Below, one piece after another: positions 59,507 to 64,000 of a DNA stretch of 64,000 nucleotides. The notes beneath the pieces are model-generated. The model ran no database searches. It was not told the DNA's origin and worked only from the letters and a program-made list of their open reading frames with translations. Source of the DNA: Candidatus Bathyarchaeota archaeon (GTDB taxonomy: Archaea > Thermoproteota > Bathyarchaeia > Bathyarchaeales > Bathycorpusculaceae); NCBI GenBank assembly GCA_963815095.1, contig CAWFFH010000007.1, forward strand, positions 60,457 to 124,456, in the 5' to 3' direction. Within the stretch, counting starts at the first letter, position 1; each line of letters begins with the position of its first letter. The position numbers were made by a program, and so were the translations under genes.

Positions 59507-59839
59507 TTATTTAGTTTCCTTTAAAATTGCCTCTCTTAGCTGTTCATTCCTTTCGGCTTCATCAACAAAGCCTAAATGCTTGTATGCTTTGGGACTCACA
59601 AGGACGGACATTAACCTTTCGTCCTTGGTTATTATCTTGCTGTTTAACTCTAAATTCTCTGCTATGTACACTTCTCGCATGAGATGTTTGGGAAAATCTA
59701 AATTTAAATGAGTTTGTGGATCAATCCAACCGGAAAGATTTGAAATTTTAAGAGCAGTAATTTCTCCATGTTTAACTTTTTGGGGATCAATTACTTCTCC
59801 ATTTTTCACGTTGGAAATTAATGTAAAATGTCTAATCAA
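59507..59839 (-). CDS. hypothetical protein inside the urease operon
   Basis: 110-aa ORF filling the ureC-ureE gap on the same strand, with GGAG upstream. Confidence 0.6.
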   Translation of the reverse strand: MIRHFTLISNVKNGEVIDPQKVKHGEITALKISNLSGWIDPQTHLNLDFPKHLMREVYIAENLELNSKIITKDERLMSVLVSPKAYKHLGFVDEAERNEQLREAILKETK

Positions 59840-59878
59840 ATTATTCTTGCTCCAAAAAAAGGATGGAAGACTCAGCTT

Positions 59879-61604
59879 CTATACTAGATGATAGAGCTGA
59901 GTTAACGGTAATGTTTTTGCAGGTTCACAAGTTGCCGGCTTACCATTGAATGTTACTTTGTATGTTTCCGGATCGATTTTTATTTCGCCGAGTGTGCTGT
60001 TCCGAATCATATGTTGCTTGCCCAAGTTTCTTACGTTGTATACTGGTAGAACTTGGCGTTTTATGCCGTATTTTTCTTTGATGCCGTTTTCAATTGCTAG
60101 TTTTGATGTGAATAGTGCCGATGTTGTCGATCTTGCTGAACCGAATCCGCCAAACATTGGTCTGAAGAAGACTGGTTCAACTGGTGGAACTGAAGCATTG
60201 GGGTCGCCCATCATTGCGTAGGCTATGAAGCCTCCCTTGAAAACTATGTTTGGTTTTGCTCCAAAGAATCTTGGGTCCCATAGATACTATGTCAGCCATT
60301 TTTCCTTTTTCAAGACTGCCTACGTAATCGGAAACTCCGTTTGTTATTGCTGGGTTTATGTTTAGCTTAGCTAAGTACCTCAAAACTCTAAAGTTGTCAT
60401 TTCCTGGAACGTCTTCAGGAAGTTTGCCAAATTGTGCTTTCATTTTGTGTGCAGTCTGCCAGCATCTGGTTGAAACTTCTCCTGTTCTCCCCATTGCTTG
60501 GCTGTCAGCTGAATACATGCTAAGAATGCCCCAATCGTGGAATACGTCTTCCGCGGCTATCGTTTCGGCTCTGATTCTTGATTCGGCAAATGCTACATCT
60601 TCAGGAACTTTAGGATTAAGGTGGTGAGTTACCATGACCATGTCAAGATGTTCAGCTAAAGTATTGACGGTATACGGTCTCGTGGGGTTTGTTGAGGATG
60701 GTAATGCATTGGGTTCTCCAGCTATTTTCATAATGTCTGGGGCATGTCCGCCTCCTGCGCCTTCCGTGTGATAAGTGTGAACTGTCCTTCCATCAATCGC
60801 ATCGATGGAATCGTCAACGTAGCCTCCTTCGTTTAGTGAATCAGTGTGTATTGCTATTTGAACGTCATATTCGTCTGCAACACTTAAACCAGTGTCCAAA
60901 GATGCCCTGGTAGCTCCCCAGTCTTCATGCATTTTAAGTCCACCTGCTCCTGCTGCAAGTTGTTCAACTATTGTTTCCCCTTTGCTGTCGTTAGCTTTAG
61001 CCAAGAAAAGCCAGTTTAGTGGTAAGCCTTCAATTGCTTCTATCATTTTTCTTATGTTCCAAGGTCCAGGTGTACACGTAGTTGCGTTTGTTCCATCGGC
61101 AGGTCCTGTGCCTCCACCTATATAGGTTGTTATTCCATTTCCTATTGCATGGAATACTTGTTGTGGAGATATCATGTGAACATGCGTATCGAAGAAGCCA
61201 GCAGTGGCTATCAGTCCTTCTCCAGCAGTTACTTCAGTTGAGTTGCTTACAACCATGTTTTCAGTGACGTTGTCCATTGTACTTGGATTTCCAGCTTTTC
61301 CGATTGCGGCGATCACGCCGTTCCTAATGCCTATATCCGCTTTAACAACACCCAGCATAGCATCCAACACTACAACGTTGGTGATAACATGGTCAAGAGC
61401 TCCATCTGCTTGTGTGGTGCCAGCCGCTAATCCCATTCCTTGTCTAGCAGTCTTTCCACCACCAAAGACCAACTCGTCGCCGTATGAAGTGCAATCTTTT
61501 TCCACTTCAATGATCAAGTTTGTGTCTGCTAACTGAATTTTATCGCCTGTCGTGGGGCCATACAGGTCTAGATATTGTTTTCTTGGAATTTTCATTTTTT
61601 TCAT
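59879..61604 (-). CDS. ureC: urease subunit alpha, with a +1 frameshift at ~60284 (pseudogene or sequencing error)
   Basis: [40 protein letters not shown] and DSQAMGR motifs. Removing one base restores [15 protein letters not shown] and joins the two ORFs. Confidence 0.92.
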
Positions 61605-61979
61605 GCTCCTTTGAACTTAAGCTCCTTAGCTTTTTTAAGCGCCATGTGCTTTTCGGTATATGGTCCGTACGCTGCCATCGACGAGGTTGTTAAATCCGTG
61701 TATGTACTTTTTACCTCCATATTCGACAAGGGTCACTTCTTTTTCCTGACCGGGTTCAAATCTTACGCTTGTGCCTGCTGGAATTGCAAGTTTCATGCCA
61801 TACGCCTTTTCTCTGTCAAAGTCTAATGCCCTATTTGCCTCAAAGAAATGGAAATGCGAACCCACCTGAATTCCTCTGTCACCAGCATTCTTTACTTTCA
61901 ATTTAATCGATTTTCTTGTTTCGAAAGCCTCTATGTCTCCTTTTCCAAGAGTTATTTGTCCTACGGTGTTTGGAGTCAT
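61601..61979 (-). CDS. ureB: urease subunit beta (probable +1 frameshift near the 3' end, ~61668)
   Basis: [15 protein letters not shown] and [12 protein letters not shown] motifs. The +1 frame gives ...[15 protein letters not shown] with an ATGA overlap onto ureC. Confidence 0.9.
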
Positions 61980-62299
61980 TTTTTACCTTCTCCCTTTGGT
62001 TGGATTGGGTTATGTACGCTTACTAGTTTGGTTCCGTCTGGAAATGTTGCTTCAACCTGCACTAGAGTTATCATGTCTGCTACGTTAGGCATTACGTCAT
62101 CCATCGTCAAAACGTGTCTAGCATCTTTAGCAATTTGAGCAACCATCACGCCTCTTCTGGCGCCTTCTTGTACAAAATCAGCTATGATTGCAACGGCTTC
62201 AGGATAATTCAGTTTTAAACCGCATTTAAGTCTTCGGTCAGCCATTTGTGCAGCGGTGAAAATCATCATTTTTTCTACTTCACGTGCTACTAACTTCAT
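61976..62299 (-). CDS. ureA: urease subunit gamma
   Basis: [11 protein letters not shown] and [18 protein letters not shown] motifs. Confidence 0.96.
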   Translation of the reverse strand: MKLVAREVEKMMIFTAAQMADRRLKCGLKLNYPEAVAIIADFVQEGARRGVMVAQIAKDARHVLTMDDVMPNVADMITLVQVEATFPDGTKLVSVHNPIQPKGEGKK

Positions 62300-62357
62300 T
62301 TTTTCACCTTTTTTACAAAAACTATACTAAAACACTAGCGGAAGACGTTTTAAGAGT

Positions 62358-63569
62358 ATGTTGTTGTCTAATGGCTACAACAAGAATTTAAATAATAACC
62401 GCAATAATTTTTCTTACTCAGTGATTTTATTGGATCCAATTTCAGGAACTATAAATTTCATTCTTAACGGAGTTGCTCAAGTTTTCTTCATGGGTTCACC
62501 CTTAGTTGGAATCATCTTTGTAATTGCTCTTGCCATTAACTCAAAAAGGGCAGCTGCCTTTGCAATCATCGGGTCAATAGCAGGCAGTTTGGTGGGTTTA
62601 GCGTTAGGCATAGAGTTAGTTCCAGCTTCTTTATCTTCGCCCGATAATGCGCTAACTTATGGAATATTTGGGTTTAACTCCGTTTTAACAGCTATCGCCT
62701 TAGGCGATACGTTCCTTGAGAAAGGAAGATCAGCAACAACCGCAGCGGTTATAGGCGCTCTTATAACTGGTTTTATTACTGCTTCGTTAATTTGGTTCAC
62801 TAAAATTTTTGGTCTCCCAGTGGAAACTTCAGCGTTTGTATTAACAACTTGGATTTTCCTGTTTGCAGCTAAAAAGTTTTCCGGCGTGAAATTGGCTGGT
62901 CCTCCACCTGCACCAAAACAAAGAAGCACACTACTCAAAAATCCTCAAGACACAGAGAAAAAAGAGCCCCTGCGATTAAGTGAATTCACCGCTGGAGGAT
63001 TCATAAAATTGATCTTTACAGGCATTGCTCAAGTATTCTTTCAGGAAAACTGGAAGACAGGCGTTTTAATTTTCATCGGACTAACAGTCGCCACGATTCC
63101 ATTAAATCCTTATGGTTTCCCGGTGCAATATCCAATATACTTTGCTGGAATCACAGCATTCATAGGGACTCTTTCTGCAACATTAGCCGCGATTGCTTTC
63201 AAAGCTGACAGATCATCTGTCCTAATTGGGTTGTACGGTTTTAACGGAACCTTAACCGCCTTGGCTGTCATGGGTGTCTTTGTTGGGTTCCTCTGGCCAA
63301 TAAGTCCCTTCAATGGTGCACCAATTAACTTCTTAGTCATGCTTTTCGCCACGGCTTTCTCAACTGTAGTGACGGCTTTCATGGGAACAATAACAGGACG
63401 TTTCAATCTGCCAACTTTAACAGGTCCGTTTGTGTTCACTGCTTGGCTTATAGAGTTGGGCGCACACATTTTTCCTTCTATAGCTCCAGCCCAAATAGCT
63501 ATTTTAACAAACAACGGCGTTCCAGTGCTTATGCAGTTAATCCATCATTTTGCATTGGTGCTGCTTTAG
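62358..63569 (+). CDS. urea transporter (UT family)
   Basis: Internal duplication: G.AQVFF x2, G.(F/Y)GFN x2, LP..T..FV...W x2. The true start may be ~62421-62430. Confidence 0.88.
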   Translation: MLLSNGYNKNLNNNRNNFSYSVILLDPISGTINFILNGVAQVFFMGSPLVGIIFVIALAINSKRAAAFAIIGSIAGSLVGLALGIELVPASLSSPDNALTYGIFGFNSVLTAIALGDTFLEKGRSATTAAVIGALITGFITASLIWFTKIFGLPVETSAFVLTTWIFLFAAKKFSGVKLAGPPPAPKQRSTLLKNPQDTEKKEPLRLSEFTAGGFIKLIFTGIAQVFFQENWKTGVLIFIGLTVATIPLNPYGFPVQYPIYFAGITAFIGTLSATLAAIAFKADRSSVLIGLYGFNGTLTALAVMGVFVGFLWPISPFNGAPINFLVMLFATAFSTVVTAFMGTITGRFNLPTLTGPFVFTAWLIELGAHIFPSIAPAQIAILTNNGVPVLMQLIHHFALVLL

Positions 63570-63598
63570 TGCCTAAGTAGATTTATGGATGGATAAAG

Positions 63599-64000
63599 AT
63601 GTCAGCTCTTCCTACAGAAAACCTATTCAATAATCTCTGGGTCTTGATATGCGGAGTCCTTGTTTTTATCATGACTATTTCAGTTGGAATACTTGAGAGA
63701 GGCGAACTTGGCAGAGGCGCCAACAGAGCCTTAATGAAGAATATTATGATATCGTGTTCAGGCTTCTTTTTCATGGCATTTATCGGCTTTAGCGTTGCTT
63801 TTGCACCTGCAATAGGCGGGGGCTTAATGGGTAATCCGCTGTACAATTTTCCATTCATGGGAGGCTTCCAAAGTAATTCTGCAGATATATTTACGCAAGT
63901 TTGGTGGTCAATGGGTCCACAATATTTTAACAATTCAGTTACTCTTCCTTCTTATTTTTTCTTTGAAACAGCCTTCGCGACGGTAACCCTTGCATTGGTT
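63599..64000 (+). CDS. amt: ammonium transporter, N-terminal part (runs off the window end)
   Basis: Hand-translated MSALPTENLFNNLWVLICGVLVFIM...LE.G...MKN...GFSVAF...FFFETAFATVTLALV. Confidence 0.82.
   Translation, partial: MSALPTENLFNNLWVLICGVLVFIMTISVGILERGELGRGANRALMKNIMISCSGFFFMAFIGFSVAFAPAIGGGLMGNPLYNFPFMGGFQSNSADIFTQVWWSMGPQYFNNSVTLPSYFFFETAFATVTLALV

Noticed and set aside
63583-63933. 116-aa minus-strand ORF
   Set aside because: Antisense to the partial amt gene.

Overview
Archaeal chromosomal window, most likely Bathyarchaeia (inferred from TFB, rpL38e, Tsr3 and a complex-I-like group 4 [NiFe]-hydrogenase operon). Left to right: a partial PAS protein; an uncharacterised 4-gene cluster; a beta-CASP/RNase J-like nuclease; a DNA-repair trio (YprB/MrfB exonuclease, DUF1998 helicase, Mpg); a site-2 protease; an EVE protein; TFB; a coupled SNF2 + Zn-rich protein + degenerate Mrr operon; two ABC systems; a 10-gene Fpo-like hydrogenase operon; and a salvage/metabolite-repair block (mtnP, apt, macrodomain, tsr3, nnr, pncA). 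Next is a gene-poor 7 kb tract (43.3-50.4 kb) carrying five copies of a non-palindromic 26-bp motif (GTATACAAAAGCATCnnCnAAACACA) in mixed orientation, three near-identical promoter-like boxes far from any gene, and candidate structured RNAs. After adh, a nitroreductase and rpl38e comes a tRNA 3'-end remnant. Beyond it lies a urea island (aquaporin, ureABC-orf-ureEFGD, urea transporter, partial amt) with +1 frameshifts in ureB and ureC. All family calls come from motif recognition by eye; no searches were run.
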